From assembly GCF_902459465.1 (NCBI RefSeq), contig NC_047073.1, forward strand, positions 16,740,001 through 16,804,000: a stretch of 64,000 nucleotides of DNA, written 5' to 3'. This document shows positions 37,304 to 49,250 of the stretch, one piece after another. The notes under the pieces were generated by a model. That model made no database searches, had not been told where the DNA came from, and worked only from the letters and a program-made list of their open reading frames with translations. Origin of the DNA: Asterias rubens (Eukaryota). The position numbers were made by a program, and so were the translations under genes. Position 1 is the stretch's first letter. Each line of letters starts with the position of its first letter.

Positions 37304-40300
37304 TTAAACAGTACTTGTTTCATAGCTAGAGTAGAGCTTGAATGGAATGCGAGTACGAGTGAGCAGTGCATTGCTCTTGGCAGTATCCCCTTCCTCATAC
37401 TTGGACAATCTCACAAGCCTGGATACAGGTCGCTTGTACGTCCGTTTGTCCACCTTCACGTTGACAGCTCTGACTCTGTCATCACTGCTTGGAAGCACCT
37501 CTGACACAACACCAACTGGCCACTGGGAGCGGGTAAGCTGTGGGTCTGCAATCATCACCACATCTCCAACAGACAGGTTGTCGACCTCTCGCTGCCACTT
37601 CTGTCGGGTCTGCAAAGTTGGCAGGTACGAGCGTATGAAGAGACGCCAGAAATGGTCTGCTAAGACCTGACTATGTCGCCAACTGCGGCGGCCCTCATCA
37701 TAGACTACCATGGGGAGTGCAGGATCGCGCCGCCCCATCAGAAGTATGTTGGGTGTTACTGGATCGATATCTGCCACCTCTGACGATGCATAACCAAGAG
37801 GTTTGGAGTTCATGATGCCCTCGGCTTCAGTCAATACAGTGCGCAGAACAGGTTCTGGGACAGTGCGGTCTCCAAGTACTCCTTTGAGTGCGGTCTTGAC
37901 TGAACGTACTTCGCGCTCCCACAGGCCACCGAAATGGGGTGCGTTAGGGGGGTTGAACCTGAATAACACCTTGTACTTCGCAAGTCGCTTAACCAGCTCT
38001 GGCTCCATCTCTTTCAAGGCATTTTCCATCTCTGTTGCGGCACCAGTAAAATTAGTGCCACAGTCGCTTAGTAACTCATAGGGTACTCCTCGCCGGGAAG
38101 CAAACCTTCGGTATGCCATTAGGAAGTGATCTGCATCCATTTTCTCCAGAAGTTCTAGATGAATGGCACGGGTCGTCATGCATTTGAACAGAAGGCCCCA
38201 GCGTTTCTCCTGTCTTCGTCCAATTGTGACAGTCATTGGACCAAAACAGTCCATTCCTGTTGAGTAGAAAGGAGGCTTGTGCAGTCGCAAGCGGGATTTT
38301 GGGAGGTCAGCCATACGAGGGACTCGGGGCTTCTCACGCCAACGGCGACATTCAAAACAGGCATGGAGAACACCTTTTACTGAACTGCGCCCACGGATGA
38401 TCCAATAGCGACGCCGAAGGTAGGCAAAAACTTGTCCGGTGCCAGCTTGATGACTGAAATGGTTATCAGCATCCTTGATTAGGAGCTTGGTAACTGGGTG
38501 ATGCTGGTCCAGGACAATTGGATGTAACTCGAAATCAACACAATCCTGTTGAGGCACTTTTCTTAGACGACCCCCAACTCTGATCAACTTCTCAGTTCTG
38601 TCTAGCTCGGGTGCGAGCTGGATTAGACGGCTTTCCTTTGATATCTCCTTTCCAGCCTCAAGGGCAGCGATCTCTGCTTTGAAATGATCCATCTGTGCCC
38701 GCTGGAGGAGCTGATTCTCAACATCACGCGTCTGGTCAGGAGAGAGAGCACCGGTCACCTGCTCATCAAATGGATACAACTTCTGACCCAATGCATTGAC
38801 CAAGTCAGTCCAACTCTCAAAAACCGTCAAATCCAGATCATTCACGGGGCCGGTCATGGTCACTCCACAAAAGAGAGCTTTCTTAATCTCACTTGTATCA
38901 GCAGATGATGAAGCGCGGGTCTGTGCGAGGACTGGTGCACTTTCACTTTGCCAGGTGTCTGGTGGACCAAGTAGCCATGGTGGTCCTTCACTCCATCTGG
39001 AGCCCTTCCCTAGCTCTGCAACTGACAGTCCCCGAGTTATATCATCCGCAGGGTTGTCTGTGGTCCGCACGTAGCGCCATTCCATGCCGTCAGTTAAGGT
39101 CTGGATTTCAGCTACACGGGTGCCAACGAAAACTTTGAAGCGACAAGAATCTGACTGAATCCATGTCAGCACCGTGGTAGAATCACTCCACATCATCACA
39201 TAGTCCAACTCCACAGTTAGGGCTTGGCTCACCAACTGAGCCAGCTGTGCACCAACGAGAGCAGCCATCAGTTCAAGACGTGGCATAGAGGTCAGTCGCT
39301 TCGGTGCCACTCGACACTTGGCCAGTACAAAACTCATATAGACTTGCTCATGGTCGTCCACGGAACGCATATATGCAACTGCACCATACAGCCTCTCTGA
39401 AGCATCGCAAAAAACATGAAGTGCTCGCTTGACACTAGTACTGTCAACATGTGAGGGAGTGTAACACCGCTGCATCCGTAAAGAGGGAATCTGTTCCAGT
39501 TCGAGACACCAGTCCTCCCACCTTTTCCTGATATCAGTGTCGTTGACTTCTTCATCCCAGTCAAGTTTGCTCATCCAGAGTTCTTGGACTATTATCTTAG
39601 CTCTTGCTGTGAATGGTGCAATATCACCAAGGGGTTCAAACTGGCTCGCCAGAACTCTCAGAGCAGTACGTTTTGTGAGCAAACGGTTGTCAGGAACTTT
39701 GGCTGGATGATACATCTCATCACTCATACAGTCCCAATTGAGACCAAGAGCTGGCTCGGGATTACCCTCAAGTTGATCGAGTGAGAGTGATCTCAAATGG
39801 TGATTAGAGCGGGCTGCTGTCGGCAGATTCTCTACCACTTCTGGGTGACTACTGGCATACTTCACCATCTGAAATCCAGATTCCTGTAGACACTGGCGAG
39901 TACTAAGAACAAGTTCTTTGGCCTGTTGTTCGGTGTCCCGACTAGCTAGCTGGTTGTCTACGTACGTTTCCAGCTTTATGGTGTCCTGAACAAGAGGGTA
40001 TCTTTCCTTGCCATCTTCTGCGGTTTTCTGCAATGCGAATGTTGCACAGCAAGGACTGCAGGTCGCTCCGAATGGGAGCACTAACCACTGAAAGACAATC
40101 CAAGTATCCATCTGCTCATCCCACCAAAGAAACCGAAACCTGCAACGCTCTTCAGGAGAAAGTCTGACCTGGTGGAACATGGCTGTTATGTCACCAGACA
40201 CAGCAACTCGACCTTGTCGAAAACGCAACAGCACTTCTAGCAGAGAAGAATTTAGGGTAGGTCCTGCCAACAGCTCGTCATTCAAGTTCTGGCCTGCAAA

Positions 40301-43300
40301 CTCAAATGAGCAGTTGAACACTAGCCTGTACTTGCCACTACTGTGAACCACATGATACGGGATGTACCAACCCTGTTGTTCCTTTGCCGCAATTTCCTCG
40401 ACTGTTCCGAGTTCTTCTACATGTCCCTGGTCTTTGAGTTTCTGCATATACGTTTTGCAGTATTCCGCCAGCTTAGGGTCACTTGTCATTTTCTTTCTGT
40501 GCGAGCGTGCCAGACCTTGAACGGCTCGTGCTGAACTCTGAGGAATACTTCTGTTCGGTTTCCACAACAGTGGTGTTTCAAGGCGGTGTATTCCCTGAAC
40601 TTCAACCTGCACAGTCTTCTCTTTGAGAGTCTTGATAGCTAGCTTGTCAAGTCGGGAACGGGTTGCTTCCTTCTCATTGATATGTGGTAGCCGGTCAATT
40701 GCCATGAATCTTTCCATCATTTGGTGGAGTGGATATTCTGGCTGTTGACACATCGTAAACAACACCTGATGGCTAGTAGTTGACTTGACACCGGGCTGCT
40801 GAAGACCTTGTCTACCCTGAACGGTCCAACCAAAGAGGGTATTCACTGCCACAGGAGAACTTGTTTTGGGACCAGTCCGAACTTCTGTTGAGAGCGTCAA
40901 CTCTATGTGATCTGCACCAATCAATAGCGCAGGTTGGACTTTGTCCGCAGTGAACAGGGGTAAGTTTCGTAGATGAGGCCACTTTGACTGCAACCTTTCG
41001 GCAGACACACTGTAGTCAACCAGTTGAAAATCATCTGCGGTAAACGCACAGTTGATCTGGAACTTCTGACTTTGGTCACCTCTAGCAGAAACGACGAAAT
41101 CCACACACTTCCCTTTCCAATCAGCATCCCCCATCACGGTTTCAATCCTCAGCGTTTCATCTGGGCCATGAATTTGTAGCTCACTTACAGTCTGCTGAAG
41201 AATCATGGTTCGCTCTGCACATTCATCAAGCACACCAAAGGTTTCAATCATCCCCTTTGGTCCATACACAACGAGAGGTACCACCTTTATCAAAACATCA
41301 CGTTCGTAGCCCACCTTGGGTTTCGACCCAACTCCAGAGCACAGGACAGTACCCCGGTTGTTGACTGTAGACTTCACCACTTCATGCAGACTAGCACGGT
41401 GGTCTCCCTGACAATCCTTGCATTTCTTGGGAAATGGGCATTCTCCTTCATGCTTTTTAGCACACTTGTTGCACCGACCCTTATCTTTCAACCATTTTAT
41501 CTTTTGGTCACAGTTCAGCTTCTTGAACTCTTCACATGTCTCCAGATAATGACCCAACTCGCTGACACCACAATAAAGGCAAGTGATCCTATCACCGATT
41601 CCTCCTTTGGAAGCGTTGGAGTTCTTAGCAGGAATTGACGTCTTGCTTACTCCCTTCGCAGTAGTGGTTACACACACCTGTGGGTTTGGAGCTGCTATCT
41701 GCGCTGTGTATGTTCTGGTTACTGGAAAATCTGGACCTTTTGGATGAGGTCGTTTGCGTTCTTGCTGGGGGCGTTCTTTCTTACCCGACTTGAACTTACG
41801 AGATTGTTCCAGAAGAATTAATCCCACTGGACCAGTCTTATCTTCAAGCCACTCACTGAGATTAAGCACTGTATACTTCTGTCCTTCAGATTTCTTCCAC
41901 ATTTTGGACAAGAACTCTGTGTGTAGTCTGTCCGGTAACTTTTGAGCTAATTCAACAGCATACTTATGATTCTTCAACTCTGCCTTGAACTTCAGGTGAG
42001 TCGCGGTCTGAATCATAGTCACTAGTTCATCGGAGAAATCTCTCAATCCAGCCCAGTCATTGTAGGAAAGTGATGGCCGAGTTTCCAGCTGACTAAGCAA
42101 GCCCTGCACTATTCGTCCGGGATCACCAAAGGATTTGTCAAACTGCTTGATGGTTGCTGCGTATGCTTTATCACCCAGGATCATATTCCTGTCGGCGATA
42201 GCTAGTGGGCGTCCTCCCAGATGACTGCGCATGTAGGCAAACTTTGTGGCCTCTGGTATTCTGAACTCTGGTTTGCTCATGATACTATCCCATAATGATC
42301 TAAAAGTGACGTATTGTTTCACATTGTGTTCATCATCAAACTTAGGAATGTCAAGCTTGGGCAAACTGTCTACAAACATACCATATCGGTATTGATATGA
42401 AGCCTCAGCTCCGGCTTTGTATTTCCTGCCCTTTCGCGATGAAATATCGCCACTGGAAGAGTCATCCTCCTCTGATTTGTCCGAGTCACTTCCACTAAAG
42501 CCATTGGACTCACCCACACTGTTGTCGGAAGGCAGTTCTCTCTGATCGAGGGGTGTAGCTGCATGATCAACTGCATCCTTCTGAGATGGTGTGCAGGGGT
42601 TCATCACAGGTTGTTGATTAATGGCAACTCCGTGCGATGCTGACACAGTTTGAGTTAAGCTAGTAACTCCAGCCTCCTGAGATGAGTGAACTTTCATAGC
42701 TGTGGGCACACTGTTGAGTGTAAAACCTGCAGGTTGCAAGCTTAAACCTGTTGTACATGTATTATGGGAGGGATTAAACAATACATTATTTCCATACATG
42801 GGCCCACTGAAGGCCTGGGTATACATAGGCATAGATGTTACTGCAGTAGGAATGCAACAATATGGCACATTATTCTTAGAACTATTAGCAAGCCCCAGTG
42901 CTGCACCAGTAATGACACCGGCACCTCTCAAACCCCCAATATTGGTCCCAGAACCATGTCCCTGCCGGTCAGAACTACTGACATGCATCTTAACATGATT
43001 ATTTGACTGTGTAGGTAAAACAGAGAAAGTGCCTGTGCCATCACTAACATGTACAACATCAGAACTTACAACACCCGAAGAAATACAAGTTTGTTCAAAT
43101 GTCTGTGAAGTTCCATTTAACCACTGAGATGTTTGAACATCTGGGTTACTGTCAGGTAAATTGTCTATGTATGTAGACTCAACAGCGTTTTCCAGTTCAC
43201 GCTGAAGTCGTTCAGTCTCCGTTTGGATCTCAGCCTGTTCGAAGTCAAACTCAACTTGTCTCTCTCGATGTTCTGCATCTAGACGAGCCTCAGCCGCCAA

Positions 43301-43786
43301 GCGTTGCGTGCGTATTTCTATCTGGACTCGCTCAAGGTGAATTTCTTCCTCCCTTTCAGCTGCCTCTCGACGAATTTGCGCTTTCTCCTCCTCCGCTACT
43401 CTCATCAGATCATGTAATTTCCGGCGTGACTCCTGCTCTGCAAGTCGTCTCTGAATCTCTGATGGGGACACAGACTTTGATGAACTGACTGTCCCTGATG
43501 TCCGTCGCGACTTTCCACTGTGCACAGAAGCAGCTTTGTGTGCATCCATGGTTCGCTGGGAGAAAGAAGGATCCCTGTCATGCTGTAGACTTGGCAGGAC
43601 AGTGAATTGATGGTCCTGTACAAGATGACTTGGAACCCTCCGGGGGCGAGGGGTTCGTCCAGTAGCTAGGCTATTTGCAATGGTAGCAGCCGGTGGAGAT
43701 GGCATAAGATTGGATGGTTGTGTAACATTAACAATAGAAGATGGTGTCGTAACTTCCGACACTGTAACTGAAATGTCAGGGTTCAT
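37304..43786 (-). CDS. BEL/Pao gag-pol polyprotein, 2160 aa
   Basis: Uninterrupted ORF containing: N-terminal coiled coil; gag core (LPKLDIPKFDD...); three Cys/His knuckles (CLYC...HYLETC, CNKCAKKHEGEC, CKDCQGDHRASLH); protease region LDECAERT; RT (DITAMFHQV, LPFGATCSP, YVDN); RNase H (LHVFCDASERLYGAVAY); integrase (HFSH...CFEC, GMDCFGP, SDCGTNF, GGLWEREV); BEL-type C-terminal domain (FWRLFIRSYLPTLQTRQKW...RPVSRL). Confidence 0.97.
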   Translation of the reverse strand: MNPDISVTVSEVTTPSSIVNVTQPSNLMPSPPAATIANSLATGRTPRPRRVPSHLVQDHQFTVLPSLQHDRDPSFSQRTMDAHKAASVHSGKSRRTSGTVSSSKSVSPSEIQRRLAEQESRRKLHDLMRVAEEEKAQIRREAAEREEEIHLERVQIEIRTQRLAAEARLDAEHRERQVEFDFEQAEIQTETERLQRELENAVESTYIDNLPDSNPDVQTSQWLNGTSQTFEQTCISSGVVSSDVVHVSDGTGTFSVLPTQSNNHVKMHVSSSDRQGHGSGTNIGGLRGAGVITGAALGLANSSKNNVPYCCIPTAVTSMPMYTQAFSGPMYGNNVLFNPSHNTCTTGLSLQPAGFTLNSVPTAMKVHSSQEAGVTSLTQTVSASHGVAINQQPVMNPCTPSQKDAVDHAATPLDQRELPSDNSVGESNGFSGSDSDKSEEDDSSSGDISSRKGRKYKAGAEASYQYRYGMFVDSLPKLDIPKFDDEHNVKQYVTFRSLWDSIMSKPEFRIPEATKFAYMRSHLGGRPLAIADRNMILGDKAYAATIKQFDKSFGDPGRIVQGLLSQLETRPSLSYNDWAGLRDFSDELVTMIQTATHLKFKAELKNHKYAVELAQKLPDRLHTEFLSKMWKKSEGQKYTVLNLSEWLEDKTGPVGLILLEQSRKFKSGKKERPQQERKRPHPKGPDFPVTRTYTAQIAAPNPQVCVTTTAKGVSKTSIPAKNSNASKGGIGDRITCLYCGVSELGHYLETCEEFKKLNCDQKIKWLKDKGRCNKCAKKHEGECPFPKKCKDCQGDHRASLHEVVKSTVNNRGTVLCSGVGSKPKVGYERDVLIKVVPLVVYGPKGMIETFGVLDECAERTMILQQTVSELQIHGPDETLRIETVMGDADWKGKCVDFVVSARGDQSQKFQINCAFTADDFQLVDYSVSAERLQSKWPHLRNLPLFTADKVQPALLIGADHIELTLSTEVRTGPKTSSPVAVNTLFGWTVQGRQGLQQPGVKSTTSHQVLFTMCQQPEYPLHQMMERFMAIDRLPHINEKEATRSRLDKLAIKTLKEKTVQVEVQGIHRLETPLLWKPNRSIPQSSARAVQGLARSHRKKMTSDPKLAEYCKTYMQKLKDQGHVEELGTVEEIAAKEQQGWYIPYHVVHSSGKYRLVFNCSFEFAGQNLNDELLAGPTLNSSLLEVLLRFRQGRVAVSGDITAMFHQVRLSPEERCRFRFLWWDEQMDTWIVFQWLVLPFGATCSPCCATFALQKTAEDGKERYPLVQDTIKLETYVDNQLASRDTEQQAKELVLSTRQCLQESGFQMVKYASSHPEVVENLPTAARSNHHLRSLSLDQLEGNPEPALGLNWDCMSDEMYHPAKVPDNRLLTKRTALRVLASQFEPLGDIAPFTARAKIIVQELWMSKLDWDEEVNDTDIRKRWEDWCLELEQIPSLRMQRCYTPSHVDSTSVKRALHVFCDASERLYGAVAYMRSVDDHEQVYMSFVLAKCRVAPKRLTSMPRLELMAALVGAQLAQLVSQALTVELDYVMMWSDSTTVLTWIQSDSCRFKVFVGTRVAEIQTLTDGMEWRYVRTTDNPADDITRGLSVAELGKGSRWSEGPPWLLGPPDTWQSESAPVLAQTRASSSADTSEIKKALFCGVTMTGPVNDLDLTVFESWTDLVNALGQKLYPFDEQVTGALSPDQTRDVENQLLQRAQMDHFKAEIAALEAGKEISKESRLIQLAPELDRTEKLIRVGGRLRKVPQQDCVDFELHPIVLDQHHPVTKLLIKDADNHFSHQAGTGQVFAYLRRRYWIIRGRSSVKGVLHACFECRRWREKPRVPRMADLPKSRLRLHKPPFYSTGMDCFGPMTVTIGRRQEKRWGLLFKCMTTRAIHLELLEKMDADHFLMAYRRFASRRGVPYELLSDCGTNFTGAATEMENALKEMEPELVKRLAKYKVLFRFNPPNAPHFGGLWEREVRSVKTALKGVLGDRTVPEPVLRTVLTEAEGIMNSKPLGYASSEVADIDPVTPNILLMGRRDPALPMVVYDEGRRSWRHSQVLADHFWRLFIRSYLPTLQTRQKWQREVDNLSVGDVVMIADPQLTRSQWPVGVVSEVLPSSDDRVRAVNVKVDKRTYKRPVSRLVRLSKYEEGDTAKSNALLTRTRIPFKLYSSYETSTV

Positions 43787-43839
43787 GGTTGTTCCAAGGA
43801 ATTGTTATCCAATACAAGATAAACCAGTTTCACGAGATT

Positions 43840-43857
43840 ATCCGGCTCGAAGGACCA
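43840..43857 (-). promoter_or_regulatory. Primer-binding site complementary to the tRNA-Tyr 3-prime end
   Basis: Minus strand TGGTCCTTCGAGCCGGAT, 4 nt inside the 5-prime LTR. Complements the ...AUCCGGCUCGAAGGACCA end of eukaryotic tRNA-Tyr (recalled sequence). Confidence 0.85.
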
Positions 43858-43861
43858 AATT

Positions 43862-44631
43862 TGTAGGACTGAAGGTAGTAGCTCGATTGTAGCAACATAA
43901 AAACTGGTTGGATATTTATAAATCTAGGAAACTTGTAAATCCTCAGTGTTACTGCTGGCCGATAAACACAAATAAGAAAGTCAATGGAATCTTGTTCTGA
44001 TCTGACTGTGATTGATAGAGAATTTATTTCTTTCTGTTCTTGATCCTCTATTCCTTTCTTATAATCTTGTTTTACGTTGGTTTGTTGGTTTGCTTGAAGT
44101 TGTTTACTTGTTTACTTGTTGTTATGCTGAAATAACAATAGAGAAATACATAATCAAAACCTGATACATATACAGCCAAAACATGAATAGCCCTAGACAC
44201 AGTTATAATGTTTTAAAGTCTGACATAATTAAGGCTGTATGCAGCCGCCCTGTGAAGAACTGCAGGTATGGAACCCTAAATGCATGAACATGTACATGAA
44301 TATATAACCCCATACAAACTCTGACCATGTGACTAAATCTCAAATGTTTACTGTCAATAAAAACTCCCAAAAACTTGATTTGTCTCCCTTACGGGCTCAT
44401 AACAATAATAGATCAATTATTAACTGTCAACTCACCCAGTTCAGGTAACGATTGGATTTCAATAACAGGAACAAATGGACCTTTTTTAGTACCAAAAACG
44501 GTACAACCTTGAACATTTAACAAAATGGGATTTGGCAAAAAGAAAACGCACAGCGCCCTCAAGCATCAAAAACTAGAAACATTAGCACTGGATTTAGCGC
44601 CCTCTTGTGTTAAAAAAGACTAGTTCCAACA
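43862..44631 (-). repeat. 5-prime LTR of the BEL/Pao element
   Basis: Direct repeat of 36417-37186, same length (770 bp). Confidence 0.95.
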
Positions 44632-47600
44632 CTGTCCGATACACAAAACCCTACCTATAAAACCAACTATCACGCTTGTTTCTAAAAGCACATTCTACTC
44701 TCCATGTTAACCAGATATCCGGCAGAAGTAACACCGACATCGTCACAAACTCTTGGGGGACAACAAAAAAGAAAAGAAAGGAACCTAGCCCAGTAAATAA
44801 TGTCAACTGTAACCGTCGGTGGAGGTCTACCCGTCCCGCGTAGAGGCCAACAACTCCTTTTGTCCGATCTGTAAAAACAGTATAAATCTAAACCATGGCG
44901 AGCTCTAAAAGGATCCAGTCATGTATGAGACATGATTAGGGGGTGGTCCGTAGCGCATACAGCAGGACCATTGGGAGGGGAGGGGGGACCCTCGAGGCAC
45001 ATGCAGTTGACAGAGAGCCACAAATGGCAAACGTAGCCATCCTCAGCACCCAGTTCCTAACAATATAATAAAAAAAAATACCTAATTAATATTTCCAGCA
45101 TTAGTGCATTGGAACCGGCATAAACAATGGAAACCTCACACTTTCTTTATATCCCATAGGAGTAAGTCATTTATATAATCACTATAAATAGAAGCAGAAA
45201 ATCATTTTATTGGGATTGATTTGACTTCTAAGGATACCAGCTGTGTGGTCAGTCATGCCCTAAGGGTCACGTGTCCAAGGTCATCTGATGACTTGAGCCG
45301 AGGGCAATGCCCGACGGATATAGTTCTGTAGCGTGACCTAGATATGACGTCATACAAGGAATATTGGAAGTGTAGTAAGTCAGAAAGTAAAATAACAACA
45401 AATTGCAGATTGGGAAATTATTGTTCATGGGCACAAAATCAGACAAGCTCTTATGAAACATAATTTGATTAAGCTTATTTAATTTCCATGAGAAAATTAA
45501 ATTGGATTTATTAAAAAACTGCAAATTTCAACAACTAATAAGTAACAATAAAAAATAAAAAAATAATAATAAATAATACCATGCAAACTATAAGGACTCT
45601 TTATTAAAAAATAAAAAATGAAACACACAAGAAAAAAACCGGATCATTTCGGGAGCTCTATATAATTATTTGAAATAATTCGTATTCAAAGATTGTACTT
45701 TTTGTTTCTCATAACATAACAAATTCAAATTCGCGCAATGTAGCACAGTACGAGAAATGAAATGTAGATATTATTGAAATGGACTGAAATGTATGACATT
45801 GGCCACCTGTTCTGATTTCCAAAGGGTACATTAAGTCACGGAGAAAAGAAAAACTTCCTAAAGGATTTGACTAATTAGAAACAAATAATAACAACTGTCC
45901 AATAATAATGAGAGAAAAACAGAAATAAAAGCAAAAACCTGCAAACAATACCAAACGAACAAACAAACCAACAAACTCAAAGCCCCCTTCCCATCCTGCC
46001 AAACCCCTAAACATGTCTGGTAGACCCAGGTGGAAACCGAGTACATCGCCCCTAGCTTAACCGCACCTGGGCTGCTTGCTGCCCGCTAGCATGGCTCACC
46101 ATTCCCGGTGTTTGTCGTGTATAAGGCTCAGGATTCGTATAAATCCCAATCTCTACACTAGCGGGAGGAAAAAAATCATCCCAAAACACAACATCATAAT
46201 CCGGTTATAAATGTAATAACAAAACAGCTCTAATAATATAAGGATCAAGATAAATGTCAATGTACTTTGGAGTTGGAGGACTCAATTTTTCCCCACGTGT
46301 GAATTGTTTTGTCTTTTCGCGTAGACTCAGTCAGCAAAGGGAAAAAAAAGCTAATCGTGTTTCTTTTTTCATGGAGGAGTTATAGAAATTCAGACAAACT
46401 ATGCGTTGGTTTGTTCGGTGCTATTGTTCGAGCGTGGAAAAGGGAGTTACGAATGTCTTTTTATTCCATTTCCAAGCCAGTTCACAATGTTGATTGTGTC
46501 CAAATGGTATGGCAACAGAAATCGAATCGAGCTAGCGACTTATTACATAAAAACAAAGTAGTGTACTTGCATGGGCTACAGCTTTTTCAAGTGCCACGGG
46601 CGATAATAAACTCTGGTCTCGCAGTTTTGCTAGATTTCATTCAGAATCGCGAAATCCCTCTTCACGCGGCAATAACTCTTTTAGAGTGAAGCCCTCCGTG
46701 CCTAACTCTTATATAAAAGCAGAACGACTTTGTATGTACCCGTTTGCACTTTTTGCGAGGGTAATCCTTTCTATTTTTGTTGTTCACGTGACTCGCGTTC
46801 TGAACAAACAGTTTCAAATAAAAATGTATACCGTTTGATTTTGTACCTTCTGCACGACACTTTGTGATGTGATAACTGTAATATAACTTACAATGACTGC
46901 ACTGTGATTCACATCAATCGCCAAAACATTATATTATTAAAGATGCAAAGTTCAAACTGTTGGTCGATTTGACTCAAATATTACAAGTACAATTTTAAAA
47001 TATGCTTTTTAATAGATTCAAGGAATGAATTATGATTGTTGTGATTCCGGCATTATTGCACGTCATCAATAAGACAAACAAATTTGCTATAACACATTGT
47101 CAGTGATACATACAAAAGTTTTGTTTGGTCTTCGTTTCGAAAACTTATCAACCATTTTAAGAGAAAAATACTTCGGTGAAAATCTGGCCTTGCAACTCAA
47201 AAATGAATTAAAAACTTTAAATGTATTCAGGTCGTTAAACCATAATGCAAACAGAGCCACACATTGCTCAAAAACATAAATACATATCATAATATTTCAC
47301 AAAACATTCTTTTCGGGACAAAATAAATGTAGAACGCTGTTTTCATGACGCATTACTTCCTCACTTAGATTTTACAGTGATCTCCTCTCTGAAAATGTCA
47401 ACGTAGTATCTTTGACAGTCTATGGAAACATCATTTATTAATAAAAATTAAAAAACTAAATAAAAAATTATTAAAATTGTTAGTTTACACAAAAAAAATA
47501 CAGTAGAAAGCTTAAACAAATATAGGCCTGTAGCTGCAGCTAAAAAATATTGTCTTCACAATTTTACAAGTCCCAAAGTCAAAAAGTTAAACATGTAAAA

Positions 47601-49250
47601 GTTGTTTACTACACAGGCTTTGCTTTGCCCGGGGTGTTCAAAGGGGGTACCCCGGGCAAACCGCGCTCAAAGAACGGCCTGGCTTTGCCTCCGTGCCCGC
47701 TCCAAACATTGCCCGAATAACATGCAGTACACGTAATATTACTGTATATACGGGCCATATGGGTGTACAAAATCGCTCCAAAGAACCACTCCAGCCGGCC
47801 TTGAGAGCCGATGGCATTTTATTGGCTAGCCCCACAAACCCCAACAGCCTATAGTCTGCGACAAAAACAGCAACTAATCCGCTTTACTTTCCAGCTGAAA
47901 GTTATTTGCGAAATGATGATTGGACTTGACCATTGCGACCAACAATGCCCGTTAGAATGGCCGCGAGGGGTTGGTTGCCTCGAGATAGCAACCATAGTAG
48001 GCCTTTGTTACACTCCGAATTAACAACCACACGAGCAGATCTTGAATATATCCAAATGCCGATTAGTAGCATAAGAATCTACCCTGGAACAATGCTCAAC
48101 CGGAAACCCAGGGTATTTGCGGTTTGGAAGGATTAATAAATCTTTGGGTCATTTTCGGCTGTTATTGTTGACAAAAAGTCATATTTTTCTTACCCCCAAA
48201 AAGTGCAGCGGATTCCTTTGTGAAGTGTGCGTGTATTGTTTAGTTCCCACCGCGGTCTGTTCATGGATTGTTTCCAAATACAATGCAAATAGTAACTAAG
48301 TTGCATTATCTGAAAAATGTAATTACAGTAGTTAGCCTGTAATCAACAACTGGCCATCTTGGAATGGGCGTGGCTTTGGCACAATGGTTTCCGTGGTGAC
48401 GGTAAGATGTGTAGCCAATTAGAAATATCGTTATTCGAAAACTGAAGATGTTGTCAAGTCAGGGAAGTTTGCTGATTTTGTCACCCAACTGAAGAACATT
48501 ATCCGCAAGAAAGAAATCATAACGTTTGGGAAGTTCAAATTTTTGGCACTTAAAACAAAATAAAACTTAAAGGTGTTGGGTCAAATTTGGTTATGACCCC
48601 GAGTGTGTAAATTTTAAAGGTTTTCTAAATTTTCGTTATAGCGGCTTACTGATGGTATTAGAAAGCATCATGCGATATTATTTCGTCTCTAATGCTCAGT
48701 TGATTTGAAATTGATAATAGGTTGAAGACAAACTTGATTCTTCGAAGTGGCCCAAAGTAATATTGCACTAAACGCGAAAAGTAGGTTGGTTGGGGGGGGG
48801 GGGGGGGGGGGGGGGTGCCAACACGACTACACAGATAGTTATTCTCTAATGGTTCAACTTAAGGTGTCTCCAAGCTTCAAGTCGTCCATATTCTACACGA
48901 GGATGGAAACCCAAGCTGGAGAACAACATTTCAGTGTAAAACTCACATGGGGAAGATGACACAAGATGTCATCTCAAGATACAAGAAAAGTCCTCCAGTG
49001 GCATCAGGGATTGTCAGGAGCAAATAATGATTTGAACTGCATTCACTTGGAGAGGTTGTTCGTAGCTTCAATTAGAGATCTACAAACACCTAAACCAGTT
49101 TGGTCTGCAGTTTGGTCCCGCAAGCCAAAAAGCGTCACCTCAAAACATTGCCAGGAGAACACTCCGTTTCGTTCACAATACTAGGACAAAGTGGCAACGT
49201 TTCCTTCAGTAGTTAGAGCCATCTTCATCTCTAAAACACAAAGAACGTCA

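Larger units (their letters stand above)
36417..44631 (-). mobile_element. Full-length BEL/Pao LTR retrotransposon (8215 bp)
   Basis: Two 770-bp direct LTRs with TG...CA ends, 5-bp TSD CTGTC (36412-36416 and 44632-44636), PBS, and a single gag-pol ORF in PR-RT-RH-IN order with BEL-type motifs. Confidence 0.98.

Noticed and set aside
37338-43892. Short ORFs overlapping the BEL polyprotein on either strand
   Set aside because: Shadow ORFs of a long coding region; none has recognisable motifs and no env-like gene is present.
46309-46689. 126-aa plus ORF
   Set aside because: Non-ATG start, no recognisable domain and no splice support; within chance expectation for 64 kb.
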